Shown: piece after piece, positions 52,844-61,614 of the stretch
How positions within the stretch are numbered: position 1 is the stretch's first letter
Layout of the letters: each line of letters opens with the position of its first letter
Source: an uncultured Thiomicrospira sp.
Lineage (GTDB): Bacteria; Pseudomonadota; Gammaproteobacteria; CAKMZV01
Reading direction: 5' to 3'
Assembly: GCA_965195345.1 (NCBI GenBank)
Contig: OZ239628.1
Coordinates: forward strand, 1,088,001 to 1,152,000
Length of the DNA: 64,000 nt
Made by a program: the position numbers and the translations under genes
Notes under the pieces: model-generated
Database searches by the model: none
The model's input: only the letters and a program-made list of their open reading frames with translations
Told to the model about the DNA's origin: nothing

Positions 52844-53623
52844 ATGAGAATTAGACAACAAAAACTTGATTCGCCTAATGGAGGCGGATTTGATAACGAT
52901 TTTATTTTTACCCTGCCAAAAGGCATCAGCATTCATGAAGTGGCATTCGTGCTTTCTGCAATGGCTATAAGTGATGTCAAAAAGGTAGTGGTTGAAATAG
53001 ACGGCGTTACTAATGTTGAATGCAGTGGAGAAGATTTGTCCCTATTGCAAGCACTCTACTCAAAACCACAAAAAGACAACACTCTGATTATTCCTTTTTC
53101 AGGGCAAAACAGTCAAACGTGGCAAGGAGCAATAGACGGACTATTGACAATATTACCAAATGAACAATGCGTTATCCGCTTAAGCATTGGTGCTGGTAAT
53201 GGTAATGGTAATCCCTCAGTTGATGGTTTCATCCGTTATCAGTTTGCAACAGCTCGCACGGCATTACCAAGAATACAACGCATTCCCCTGCCCCAAGTTG
53301 AGATTGGCGAGCGTTTGTTTTCTTACCCCCATGCACGCCGTTTTGTTCGCACAATGATATTGACTGGTGGCGCACCTGATAAATTCAAGATTGTGCAAAA
53401 CGGGCAAGCGTTGTTTGTAACGACCGATGAATTAAATCGTTTCATGTTAGAGCGCAACGGGCTAACGCCTCAAGACGGGCATTTTGCATTTGTTCCAGCA
53501 ATGGAAGGTTTTGAAGCGGCTGACAAGCTCAATGGTGCTAATGCACGTATTGAATTTTCAGCAACGCAAGCGGGTGCAACGTCTGTGCTTATTCATACGA
53601 TCGAGCCTACTCAAGCGCAGTAA
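52844..53623 (+). CDS. double jelly-roll major capsid protein (PM2 P2-like)
   Basis: 259 aa beta-rich; aligns by eye with recalled PM2 P2 (L.S..., LP.G, K.V.VE.DG, N...LE..G, F..EG). Confidence 0.85.
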   Translation: MRIRQQKLDSPNGGGFDNDFIFTLPKGISIHEVAFVLSAMAISDVKKVVVEIDGVTNVECSGEDLSLLQALYSKPQKDNTLIIPFSGQNSQTWQGAIDGLLTILPNEQCVIRLSIGAGNGNGNPSVDGFIRYQFATARTALPRIQRIPLPQVEIGERLFSYPHARRFVRTMILTGGAPDKFKIVQNGQALFVTTDELNRFMLERNGLTPQDGHFAFVPAMEGFEAADKLNGANARIEFSATQAGATSVLIHTIEPTQAQ

Positions 53624-53970
53624 TGAGTAAACTTTCGTTGAATGACATCATTCGAGGCGGTCAAGACATCACCCGCGATATTGAAAACGCGGGTGATACT
53701 GATATTAGCAACGAGATAGGCAATGCAGGAACACGCTTATTGAATGAACCAATCAAATATTCACCCATCCACCCTACACAAGCAAGCATTGCGGGAAGCG
53801 AGCCTATTCATAAAACAGGCGCGCCATTGGCATTGTTTGGTGCAGGTGCGGGAGTTGGTGCGGGATATGGTTTATCGCAAGCCCTATCCTCCCCCATTGG
53901 GAAAGTAGGCTTGGCAGTGGTTGCTACTGTATTGGGTGCATTTGTAATTAAACGGTTTAAGTTAGCATGA
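53623..53970 (+). CDS. virion membrane protein (P3-like position)
   Basis: C-terminal TM plus basic tail, directly after capsid gene. Confidence 0.6.
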   Translation: MSKLSLNDIIRGGQDITRDIENAGDTDISNEIGNAGTRLLNEPIKYSPIHPTQASIAGSEPIHKTGAPLALFGAGAGVGAGYGLSQALSSPIGKVGLAVVATVLGAFVIKRFKLA

Positions 53971-54185
53971 TCTCGCCACTCGGACCCGTTTCAGCAGGTG
54001 GCGATATTTCGCCTGATCTATCATCAACCGCAACAAGTGGTGATGCAAGCAATGATAGTGAAAATAACTTTAGCTTTGGAGATAAGCACATCAACAACGG
54101 CGCGCAAGGCATTCCAGCATGGATTGCTGTTGCAGGTGGTATTTTAATCGCAGGTGGATTATGGTTTTTTGGACGGCGGGCATAG
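53967..54185 (+). CDS. virion membrane protein, PM2 P8-like
   Basis: Gly/Ser-rich SS.ATSG...FG then C-terminal TM and basic end. Confidence 0.7.
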   Translation: MISPLGPVSAGGDISPDLSSTATSGDASNDSENNFSFGDKHINNGAQGIPAWIAVAGGILIAGGLWFFGRRA

Positions 54186-54517
54186 ATGAAACATTTGTGC
54201 CTGCAGGCATTAAAAAAGCACTTGGTAATGCAATCAATGCAATCAAGATTGAATGTATCAAGGGCGTTTGTCAATGCTGGAAATTTAACAATGGGCGTTT
54301 CATTACCCGCATTGAGCATAAGGAGTTAGTGATCGTGGCATTCACTGGACGCAATACTTCAAATGTTTTTTCAGCAATCTATCAATCTGCAAAGAATGGT
54401 GGTTTTCAATCGATCCGCATTCACACGAACAATCCAAAATGGGTGCGCTTTATTCGCATTAAAGGGTTTGTATTTGATGAATTAGCAAGCGGTGTATATC
54501 AGTTGGAGGTTGCGTAA
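54119..54517 (+). CDS. conserved corticovirus-type protein (GNAT-like pattern)
   Basis: SIR.HT......R.....GF motif; located between P8- and P10-like genes; start uncertain. Confidence 0.55.
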   Translation: MDCCCRWYFNRRWIMVFWTAGIDETFVPAGIKKALGNAINAIKIECIKGVCQCWKFNNGRFITRIEHKELVIVAFTGRNTSNVFSAIYQSAKNGGFQSIRIHTNNPKWVRFIRIKGFVFDELASGVYQLEVA

Positions 54518-54933
54518 TGGGCGGTAGTAGCAGGAGCAGAACGTCCTCAGATGTTTACAATCAACAGCAGGATAGATCGGTTGTTTTTGCACCAAGTGGT
54601 AACGGAAATCAAACGGCCGTAACGGGCAATGTTGGCGGTGATGTAGTTATTGAGAACACGGATCATGGCGCAATTGAAGCCTCGTTTAGCTTTGGCGAGC
54701 GCATTGGCGCATTGGCGATTGATAGAAGTGCCGATTCAGCAGAGTTTGCAATTGAGGCGGTACAAGATGCCCATCGTGAAGCAAGCGAAAGCGCAAGCGA
54801 GCAAAACAAAGCATTCAGTGGCGCAATCAGTGCATTCAAATCAGAAACGCAAGGGCTTGGTAAAAACCTCTTGATCGTTAGCGGAGCGGGCGCGTTTTCT
54901 TTAGTAGCGATTGTATTTTTAATTAAGAAATAA
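54517..54933 (+). CDS. virion membrane protein, PM2 P10-like
   Basis: MGGSS.S.TSS, TDHGAI, C-terminal TM. Confidence 0.7.
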   Translation: MGGSSRSRTSSDVYNQQQDRSVVFAPSGNGNQTAVTGNVGGDVVIENTDHGAIEASFSFGERIGALAIDRSADSAEFAIEAVQDAHREASESASEQNKAFSGAISAFKSETQGLGKNLLIVSGAGAFSLVAIVFLIKK

Positions 54934-54934
54934 C

Positions 54935-55366
54935 ATGGCAAGAATAAACATAAAAGCGCATGGCGCGATCGATTTACCAATCAATCAGCGATTTATTCTT
55001 TTTCTTAGTAGTTCACGTGCAACTATTGAAGGCGTGCGGATCACTCGAGGATTAACAGTTGAGCGTTCAGATATAGAGCCACTAATCCGCATTGAAAATC
55101 CAAGCACCACTTCTACAACAATTGATTATGTCATAAGTGGCAACCGCATTATTATCCCTGTCAATGATGTAGTAATCAGCGAAGCAATAGCAATTAGTAA
55201 TGCGGTAGAAATTGCCAATGCTGTTGAAATAAAAAACCAAATATCAGAGGCAAAAATTGCGCGCAGTGTCGTCATTGGTAACTACTACATAGCGCATCCT
55301 GATGAAGTGCCAGAGGCAGAACATCCAGCAGACTTGCAAAAAATATTAGAGAAAATCGGAGTTTAA
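54935..55366 (+). CDS. putative penton/vertex protein
   Basis: Beta-rich N-terminus, I.N.V.I repeats; position before spike gene. Confidence 0.45.
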   Translation: MARINIKAHGAIDLPINQRFILFLSSSRATIEGVRITRGLTVERSDIEPLIRIENPSTTSTTIDYVISGNRIIIPVNDVVISEAIAISNAVEIANAVEIKNQISEAKIARSVVIGNYYIAHPDEVPEAEHPADLQKILEKIGV

Positions 55367-55368
55367 CA

Positions 55369-55881
55369 ATGGCAAACAAATATCAATCTTACGAAGAACG
55401 ACAAAACGATCGCATTAGCGCATTGGAGCAAGTCAATGGTATAGAGGTCGATGATGGCAATGTTGGCATACCGTCTATCAAAGGCGAGCAAGGCGAAAAA
55501 GGCGAGCAAGGCATACAGGGCGTACAGGGCGTACAGGGCGAAAAAGGCGACAACGGTGCAGATGGGATAACGACTAACTATATTGATATAGACGTTGTAA
55601 AAAACCAGACCTACATAATTCCGCACTCGCTTGGTGCATTGCCTAAAGGCGTACAGTTGTCCGTAAAGATTACCGATGCTGAACGTAGTGATTTTTCTGT
55701 TAACAAATGGCGTTTAATTTCTTCTCCAACGGATTTTTGGAGCGGTCGCCAGCATCATGTAGGCGCAATAGTGGCAATAAATGTTTCAGAAATAGAGATA
55801 CAAACGGGGAATTTACTCTACCACGATGAATCAGACGATACGTCCATGGATGCTGGAACTGTCCGCGTCACTTATTTTTAA
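55369..55881 (+). CDS. collagen-repeat spike/fibre protein
   Basis: G-X-Y run (GEQGEKGEQGIQGVQGVQGEKGDNGADG) then beta-rich head with HSLG..P. Confidence 0.75.
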   Translation: MANKYQSYEERQNDRISALEQVNGIEVDDGNVGIPSIKGEQGEKGEQGIQGVQGVQGEKGDNGADGITTNYIDIDVVKNQTYIIPHSLGALPKGVQLSVKITDAERSDFSVNKWRLISSPTDFWSGRQHHVGAIVAINVSEIEIQTGNLLYHDESDDTSMDAGTVRVTYF

Positions 55882-55896
55882 TTTATAAGGAAAAAA

Positions 55897-56286
55897 ATGA
55901 GCAAATTTTTAGCATTTAACAAAAAAGGCGAGTGTGTAAGTATTGTTGATGAAAAAGTATTTCTAAACACAACCTATGCAGAAGCCCCTAAAGGCGCAAA
56001 TAAAAGAAACTTCACGAACTATGTTATTCGTGATGATGGAACAGTAGAGGAAAAATCAAAAAAAGAAATAGAACAAGAAGCAGTTGCAGGCTTATTGGCG
56101 GGCATAAAAGAAAGACGTAATGCCCTGCTCGCCCGCTCCGACTGGACACAATTGGCAGATGTTGCATTGAGTAATGAAGCAGGTGTGGAATGGACGCAAT
56201 ACCGCGCAAAGTTGCGTGCAATTGCTGATGGGATAACAACAGCCAAAGAAGCGGATGCCGTTGTTTTTCCTGATGAGCCTGCCTAA
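55897..56286 (+). CDS. tail-fibre assembly chaperone-like protein
   Basis: RN.LL..SDWTQL.D....W..YR..LR.I......FP..P. Confidence 0.8.
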   Translation: MSKFLAFNKKGECVSIVDEKVFLNTTYAEAPKGANKRNFTNYVIRDDGTVEEKSKKEIEQEAVAGLLAGIKERRNALLARSDWTQLADVALSNEAGVEWTQYRAKLRAIADGITTAKEADAVVFPDEPA

Positions 56287-56438
56287 TGGGTCAAGCTGTT
56301 GGATTTATTGCAGGATTTGCTATTGTGTATTTACTTTTATCGATAAAACCAACGGATAAACAGCTTGCAGAAAGTGGCAACACGATAGCACAAAAACGTG
56401 TTAATCATGATTATGTTAATGAATTTGGCAAGTTGTGA
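56286..56438 (+). CDS. 50-aa membrane protein (not in ORF track)
   Basis: MGQAVGFIAGFAIVYLLLSIK...; TAATG and GTGA overlaps with both neighbours. Confidence 0.65.
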   Translation: MGQAVGFIAGFAIVYLLLSIKPTDKQLAESGNTIAQKRVNHDYVNEFGKL

Positions 56439-56935
56439 AAGTAGGTTTATTTGCAGGCGCATTGCTTGCAGTTTTAGTCTTTTATTTAGGGAAAGAAATG
56501 CAAAGAAGAAAACCAAGAGGAATTAGAAATAATAACCCTGGGAACATAACGATAAATTTTAGCAATCGTTGGAAAGGTTCAATTCCACGCTCCCAAAACA
56601 CAGACGGTCGTTTTGTCCAGTTTATGACGATGGAAGCAGGCGTGCGCGCTATGACGATTGTGATCATCAACTACTACAAACGTGGATTGACGACAATACG
56701 CGAAATGATTTCAACTTATGCGCCCTCTTTTGAAAACAGAACGGACGCTTATATTGATCACGTTGAAGATCGGATTGACATTGATGAAAATCAACATCTT
56801 GATCGGGATATGTTCATTGAAAAGATACCGCTAATTGTCAAGGCAATAATCAGACATGAAAACGGCGAAACCATTGATCCTCAAGAAGTTTCAGCAGGTG
56901 TTTTTATGGGTAAAAAAGATAAAGGATTTTTATGA
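56435..56935 (+). CDS. membrane-anchored virion lysozyme-like protein (PM2 P5-like)
   Basis: RGIRNNNPGNI, F.....G.RA, YAP..EN.T.AY, AII.HENG. Confidence 0.85.
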   Translation: MKVGLFAGALLAVLVFYLGKEMQRRKPRGIRNNNPGNITINFSNRWKGSIPRSQNTDGRFVQFMTMEAGVRAMTIVIINYYKRGLTTIREMISTYAPSFENRTDAYIDHVEDRIDIDENQHLDRDMFIEKIPLIVKAIIRHENGETIDPQEVSAGVFMGKKDKGFL

Positions 56936-57345
56936 TATTTGACTGGGTTGCAGACATATTTGAAACAAGTTCAAAGCACATAGACGAGTGGTTTACCACT
57001 GATGAAGAACGCGACAAAATGCGCAACGAATTTGCACGCATTAAGAACGCTGTTTCTATTAAGGTGCTGGCATTAGAAAAACAGCTGCTAACGGCGCAAA
57101 CAAAAATAATTACCGCAGAGGCACAAGGGCAATCATGGCTACAACGCTCATGGCGTCCAATAACGATGCTTACCTTTTTAATTCTGGTCGTACTTGATTC
57201 AGGTGGACACTTAGCAAATCCACTTGCACCCGAAGCATGGACGCTTTTGCAAATTGGGATTGGTGGGTATGTAGTCGGGCGAAGCGTTGAAAAAATCGCG
57301 CCTAAAGTAATTGACACATTGAATCAAAATAATGGACGGGTTTAG
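56932..57345 (+). CDS. holin (3TM GTA-type)
   Basis: AEAQG.SWLQRSWRP, GIGGYV.GRS.EK. Confidence 0.85.
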   Translation: MIFDWVADIFETSSKHIDEWFTTDEERDKMRNEFARIKNAVSIKVLALEKQLLTAQTKIITAEAQGQSWLQRSWRPITMLTFLILVVLDSGGHLANPLAPEAWTLLQIGIGGYVVGRSVEKIAPKVIDTLNQNNGRV

Positions 57346-57607
57346 TTTTTTTGAACTCATAGCGGGCGGTATTGGTGTTCAGCTGATCGCTAATTATTTG
57401 ATAACACAACGCGCAGTGCAGTCAGCTGTTCAATCAATAGACAAGCGTTTACTGGTTTTAGAACATAAACAAGCTGAAATGGAAAAGGAATACATTAGTG
57501 ATTCAGAATGCAAACACAGAATGCAAACGATAGAAACAGATAAATACAAAGAAATTGCGAAAAACTTAGAAAAAGCAGGTTACCACAAACCACAAACAAG
57601 ATTATGA
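57332..57607 (+). CDS. lysis-region membrane/coiled-coil protein
   Basis: N-terminal hydrophobic segment, IDKRL.VLE. Confidence 0.55.
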   Translation: MDGFSFFELIAGGIGVQLIANYLITQRAVQSAVQSIDKRLLVLEHKQAEMEKEYISDSECKHRMQTIETDKYKEIAKNLEKAGYHKPQTRL

Positions 57608-58008
57608 GCAAAACAGCACAAGAATTCCAAATAACGAAAACAACTAAAATATTTTCGCAAGCCAACAAAAATAGGAAGAAAGGCGAAAAGCCAGAATATT
57701 TTGAGATTATGGAAATGAATGAGCTGATGCCTATTGACCCATTGACAAACAAACTATATGAGCTAACAGCACCAGCACCAGCCAAGCGGAAAGCACCAAC
57801 CAAAGCCAAAGCACCAGCAAAGCGAAAAGCACCAGCCAAGCGAAAAGCACCAACCAAGCGAAAAGCACCAGCCAAGCGAAAAGCACCAGCCAAGCGAAAA
57901 GTAAGATCAATTATGTGTAAGGAAGGGCTTAAGGGTAACGGCGCATTAAAAAAGGGGCATAGGTTCTTAAAAGGTGGGCGCGTAGTTAAGGCAAAAGCAA
58001 AAAAATAA
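57604..58008 (+). CDS. highly basic histone H1-like protein with KRKAPA repeats
   Basis: About seven 18-bp/6-aa repeats at 57769-57900. Confidence 0.7.
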   Translation: MSKTAQEFQITKTTKIFSQANKNRKKGEKPEYFEIMEMNELMPIDPLTNKLYELTAPAPAKRKAPTKAKAPAKRKAPAKRKAPTKRKAPAKRKAPAKRKVRSIMCKEGLKGNGALKKGHRFLKGGRVVKAKAKK

Positions 58009-58147
58009 TTCCGTAGTATTTTCAGAAAGAACATTTACCAGGGCAAAAAAATAATTCCGTATTATTTTCAGAAAGAACATTTCCCTGGGCAAAAAAATAA
58101 TTCCGTAGTATTTTCAGAAAGAACATTTCCCTGGGCAAAAAAATAAT
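57997..58147 (+). repeat. 46-bp tandem repeat, ~3.3 copies
   Basis: Unit GCAAAAAAATAATTCCGTAGTATTTTCAGAAAGAACATTT(A/C)CC(A/T)GG starting 57997, 58043, 58089, 58135. Confidence 0.95.
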
Positions 58148-58276
58148 AATAATTAAGGGTTTATATTTGTGTGGCTCTTGGTTTGGCGATCGCCATTTTT
58201 TGATAATTCAAAAAGATAAATAAAGAAAGATAATGAACGGCATTATATTTTTGCTGTAAGTCTTTGATTTTGAATA

Positions 58277-58304
58277 TAAGTTGCGTATGAAGATAATCAC
58301 GAAT
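58277..58304. other. prophage-prophage junction site (attP-like)
   Basis: TAAGTTGCGTA-TGAAGA-TAATCACGAAT: same spacer and right arm as 44443-44470, degenerate left arm. Confidence 0.85.
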
Positions 58305-58690
58305 GGAGGCTAAAAACTGCCGAATATTTAAGCAATGAAAACGAAAATAATCGATCAAATTATGAACCGCTTATATCGTTCGAATCTTCTAAAAAATCAC
58401 GGGTCAAGGAAATGATTGTTGATGAACTTGGTGAAGTTGGTGCAAGTGCTTTAGAACAGCTATACAACAAGTATTTGCGCACTTATGACGTTAATCAAAT
58501 AGGCATAAATGGGATATATAGAATTATTAATAAATTTGATGCGTCATTCTTCTCTACTTTCGCTTTCAGATTGAAAACAAAAGAATACAGCTTTATCGCT
58601 AACGTGATCGCCGATATGCTACGCACTGATGACTTAGGCGGCGATGAAACGATGAATATTCCTGTTTTTACCGCCGTGAAAATAGCCTAA
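58289..58690 (+). CDS. 133-codon start-less frame, copy 2 (ORF track 58412-58690)
   Basis: Open from att core; TAA in frame at 58277. Confidence 0.65.
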   Translation, partial: EDNHEWRLKTAEYLSNENENNRSNYEPLISFESSKKSRVKEMIVDELGEVGASALEQLYNKYLRTYDVNQIGINGIYRIINKFDASFFSTFAFRLKTKEYSFIANVIADMLRTDDLGGDETMNIPVFTAVKIA

Positions 58691-58732
58691 AGCCCAAATA
58701 TAACGGGGCTTTCAGCGTTCTAAACCTTTGAT

Positions 58733-59077
58733 TTACTTCGTCTCGTGATTATCTTCAGAGTTACGAACGTCATCAACCAGTTCAAAGCCTGTAAACGTGG
58801 CGTATTTATGCGCCCACCACTCAACGTCTTGTTTGGCTTTGCGTGGGTCTTTACTTGCCCTTTGATAATTTGAAGCGGCTAACACTGCCATTGGATTTTC
58901 ACCTGTAATATCAGAAAAGACAACGATTGCCTTATCATCAAATGCCCTTTTGCATTGTCTGTAATCAGATATTGCAGATTGTGCAATTCCTGTTTGCTTC
59001 CAAAGTTGGTAATCAGAGGATGCTCCGATTGCTTTTTGTGCTCGATTAAGAAAATCAGCGGTAGTTGGTATATTCAT
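58733..59077 (-). CDS. phage HTH repressor (copy 2)
   Basis: Homologous to 44899-45258; divergent HTH, identical C-terminal TGFELVDDVRNSEDNHETK. Confidence 0.8.
   Translation of the reverse strand: MNIPTTADFLNRAQKAIGASSDYQLWKQTGIAQSAISDYRQCKRAFDDKAIVVFSDITGENPMAVLAASNYQRASKDPRKAKQDVEWWAHKYATFTGFELVDDVRNSEDNHETK
58741..58768 (-). other. inverted site B, copy 2
   Basis: Identical to 44907-44934. Confidence 0.8.
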
Positions 59078-59130
59078 TTAAACCTCGTTGAACAATTGCT
59101 TTTATTTAGTATATCTTAATTGGCAACCAA

Positions 59131-59190
59131 TCGCAATATAGAAATATATCTGTATTGCGGTTGACAAATCAATCTATATTGCGGTATATT
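59131..59190 (+). promoter_or_regulatory. early promoter with operator repeats (copy 2)
   Basis: TTGACA 59161 / TATATT 59185; ATCT(G/A)TATTGCGG at 59148 and 59172, inverted copy at 59131. Confidence 0.75.
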
Positions 59191-59313
59191 TATACAAAGT
59201 GTATTCGGTTGCACTTCATATTCATCAACTAAGCAGAACAATGAACATCAACAAAGCAATAAACAAACAACAACAGATCAGCGGGAACAATTGCTTTGTA
59301 TTCCCAATGTGTG

Positions 59314-59350
59314 GGGGGTGCGTAGGCTTAGTACGCACCCCCTTTTTTTT
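59314..59350 (+). terminator. strong terminator in early leader
   Basis: GGGGGTGCGTA-N7-TACGCACCCCC plus T8. Confidence 0.85.
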
Positions 59351-59368
59351 ATCGAACGGAGCAAATCA

Positions 59369-59584
59369 ATGAGTAAACCTAAACTAACGATAGCAAAATT
59401 TAATAAGCAAGGACAAGTTGTCTATTACCTGTACGACAAAAAAGGAAAGCGATATAAGCTATATCATGATTTTCATTATAGCGATCTGGGCTTATACAAA
59501 GTTGATCCAGAATTACATGAACGCTTGAAGTTTGAATTTGGAATCATCAACGAAATAATAGATAACGAACCAGGCGAGCGATGA
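59369..59584 (+). CDS. phage early protein (copy 2)
   Basis: Same protein as 45519-45734. Confidence 0.7.
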   Translation: MSKPKLTIAKFNKQGQVVYYLYDKKGKRYKLYHDFHYSDLGLYKVDPELHERLKFEFGIINEIIDNEPGER

Positions 59585-59856
59585 ACACAACGACCAATAA
59601 CCCTTTAATTGATAGGTTTTTAAAAGCGTCGCAAGAATTGCGTGCTGAACAAGAAGCAGTTGAAAAAACCATCATTGAAGCTGGTGGCACTATAACTCCA
59701 GAAATGCTATTAGTACCAGAAGAAACCTCAATGAAATATTTAAACGCTTTAATATCTGTAACAGAACTTGCACGGGCGAGTGAATTCATCCGAGCCGATG
59801 TACTTAAACCAGATAGCAAAATTGAAGCAAACATTGCAAGCGAAACAATCCACTAA
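59581..59856 (+). CDS. phage hypothetical protein (copy 2)
   Basis: Same protein as 45731-46006. Confidence 0.7.
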   Translation: MNTTTNNPLIDRFLKASQELRAEQEAVEKTIIEAGGTITPEMLLVPEETSMKYLNALISVTELARASEFIRADVLKPDSKIEANIASETIH

Positions 59857-59875
59857 TCATTGAGAGTAATTTATT

Positions 59876-60286
59876 ATGAGAAAAGATATTGAAAAGGCTT
59901 TGAAATCGATCGAGAGCAATGCCGAAATATTGAAATCAAATGAATGGACAGTCTTATTGGCGTCGGGTGTAGATAAAAACAAAACCAAAAATAGTATTAC
60001 TGTATTCGGAAAAATTGTAGTCCGAATTTACAGAAAAGGTCTGCTTTTCAATTCGATTCCACCATTTAATTTTGATCACAGATGCACAGGATTTGTGCTG
60101 TCGTCTTGCATTCATAGGATTGATAGTAAAGCCCGCATTAGATTTTTAGACTTTAACAATGTTAGTGATGGTGATTTGATGGACATAGGCAGTAGCGCAA
60201 GAGAAGTGAATTTATTGGAATTTAACGAATTTACATCGCAAGAGTTGGAAAAAGAAGTGAATGAGGTTGATCATGGGACGCGATGA
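59876..60286 (+). CDS. hypothetical protein unique to copy 2
   Basis: 136-aa ORF with GAGAG RBS, absent from copy 1. Confidence 0.65.
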   Translation: MRKDIEKALKSIESNAEILKSNEWTVLLASGVDKNKTKNSITVFGKIVVRIYRKGLLFNSIPPFNFDHRCTGFVLSSCIHRIDSKARIRFLDFNNVSDGDLMDIGSSAREVNLLEFNEFTSQELEKEVNEVDHGTR

Positions 60287-60545
60287 TAAATTGTATATGC
60301 GGATGGGAAGAAAAATTGCTTCTGTCTGGGATTTTAAAAACAACAACATAGCATTTAGTGTTAAAAAATCAGGAAAGCTATCAGATAACGCACTACGCGA
60401 GATAGGCGAAAACGCGTACCAAAGCATTTATGGTGAGTACCAATGTGCTACAGGCAAAGAAATTGAAATCAATGGCGAATTCACAAAAAGTGGTCGTCCT
60501 GAATTGATAAGCATTCCAGTATCATTGAGAGGATGGTCTAACTAA
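60261..60545 (+). CDS. hypothetical protein unique to copy 2
   Basis: 94-aa ORF, TAATG overlap with next gene. Confidence 0.6.
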   Translation: MRLIMGRDDKLYMRMGRKIASVWDFKNNNIAFSVKKSGKLSDNALREIGENAYQSIYGEYQCATGKEIEINGEFTKSGRPELISIPVSLRGWSN

Positions 60546-60790
60546 TGCACGCACAAAGTAAAAAAGAGAGTTGGCGCGAGGCGTACAGGAATACCGCGTT
60601 GGCGTTCGTTGTGTCGCTATTGGCGCACAAATACATAGTAGCCCCTGCCCTATCATGGCACATTGAGCAAGGTGGCGATCAAACAACGTTTATTGTTGCT
60701 TTTTTAGTAACCAGCTTCTATACCCTGCTTTCGCTTGGTCGTAATTATTTCATTAGGCGCATGCACGTAACGAAAAAGGACGTGAAATGA
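60545..60790 (+). CDS. small phage membrane protein (copy 2)
   Basis: Homologue of 46012-46284. Confidence 0.65.
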   Translation: MHAQSKKESWREAYRNTALAFVVSLLAHKYIVAPALSWHIEQGGDQTTFIVAFLVTSFYTLLSLGRNYFIRRMHVTKKDVK

Positions 60791-61614
60791 AACTGCCACC
60801 AATCCTTAAATATTTAGGTGGTAAGCACTCTATTGCACCGCAAATAATTGCGCATTTTCCTGATCATCATACATACGTTGAGCCTTTTGGCGGTGCGGGT
60901 TCTGTTCTGTTCAGAAAGGAGCGTTCACGGGTTGAGGTTTACAACGATCGATATGATCGCATTGTCAATTTATTTTCTGTTTTGCGTTCTCCTGAACTTG
61001 CTGAAAAGTTATGCTCTTTATTAAAAAATACGCCCTATTCTAAAACTGAATTTTATCGATGTGCAGAGCAATCAGATGATCCAGTCGAAGACGCGCGCCG
61101 TCTTTTTGTAAGCGGGGCAATGTGTTACGGTGGTTACTCTGCAGGCAACAACATCTGTTCAGGATTTGCCCGTCATGCGGACGCAAACATAGCAAAAATT
61201 TATGCAAACAAGATTGATCTGCTTGAACTTTTTACGGCGCGCCTGCAGGGAGTTACCATTGAGAACGACAGTGCGAACAGAATAATTGAGCTGTGGGATA
61301 GTACAAAAACGCTTTTCTATGTTGATCCGCCCTACTTACCAAGCACACGCAGACAAGCAAAATCAAAGCAATATTTGCACGAAATGAGCGAAGCGGATCA
61401 CTTGAGCCTTTTGGAGCAATTGCAGCGTTGTGATGGTCTGGTTGTTTTGTCTGGTTATCCTTCTGATATGTACAGAGATACCTTAAAGGGTTGGGAAACA
61501 TTAGACATTAATAGCGTTGATGCAGGCAGTAACAAGCGTATTGATCGTGTATGGATAAAGCCAAATTCACACGCCCACCTGCCCCTATTCAATAAAGCGC
61601 AGGTGATGGCATGA
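60787..61614 (+). CDS. Dam-like N6-adenine methyltransferase (copy 2)
   Basis: Same motifs as 46281-47108. Confidence 0.93.
   Translation: MKLPPILKYLGGKHSIAPQIIAHFPDHHTYVEPFGGAGSVLFRKERSRVEVYNDRYDRIVNLFSVLRSPELAEKLCSLLKNTPYSKTEFYRCAEQSDDPVEDARRLFVSGAMCYGGYSAGNNICSGFARHADANIAKIYANKIDLLELFTARLQGVTIENDSANRIIELWDSTKTLFYVDPPYLPSTRRQAKSKQYLHEMSEADHLSLLEQLQRCDGLVVLSGYPSDMYRDTLKGWETLDINSVDAGSNKRIDRVWIKPNSHAHLPLFNKAQVMA

Larger units (their letters stand above)
44452..58285 (+). mobile_element. complete PM2-like (corticovirus/Vinavirales) tailless prophage, copy 1, 13,834 bp
   Basis: Repressor, RCR Rep, packaging ATPase, DJR capsid, small membrane proteins, lysis genes; sequence restarts at 58286. 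Confidence 0.92.

Noticed and set aside
57495-58034. 179-aa minus-strand AGAFRL repeat ORF
   Set aside because: Antisense shadow of the basic repeat protein.
57997-58147. CRISPR array
   Set aside because: Units are contiguous near-identical 46-mers with no unique spacers and no cas genes.
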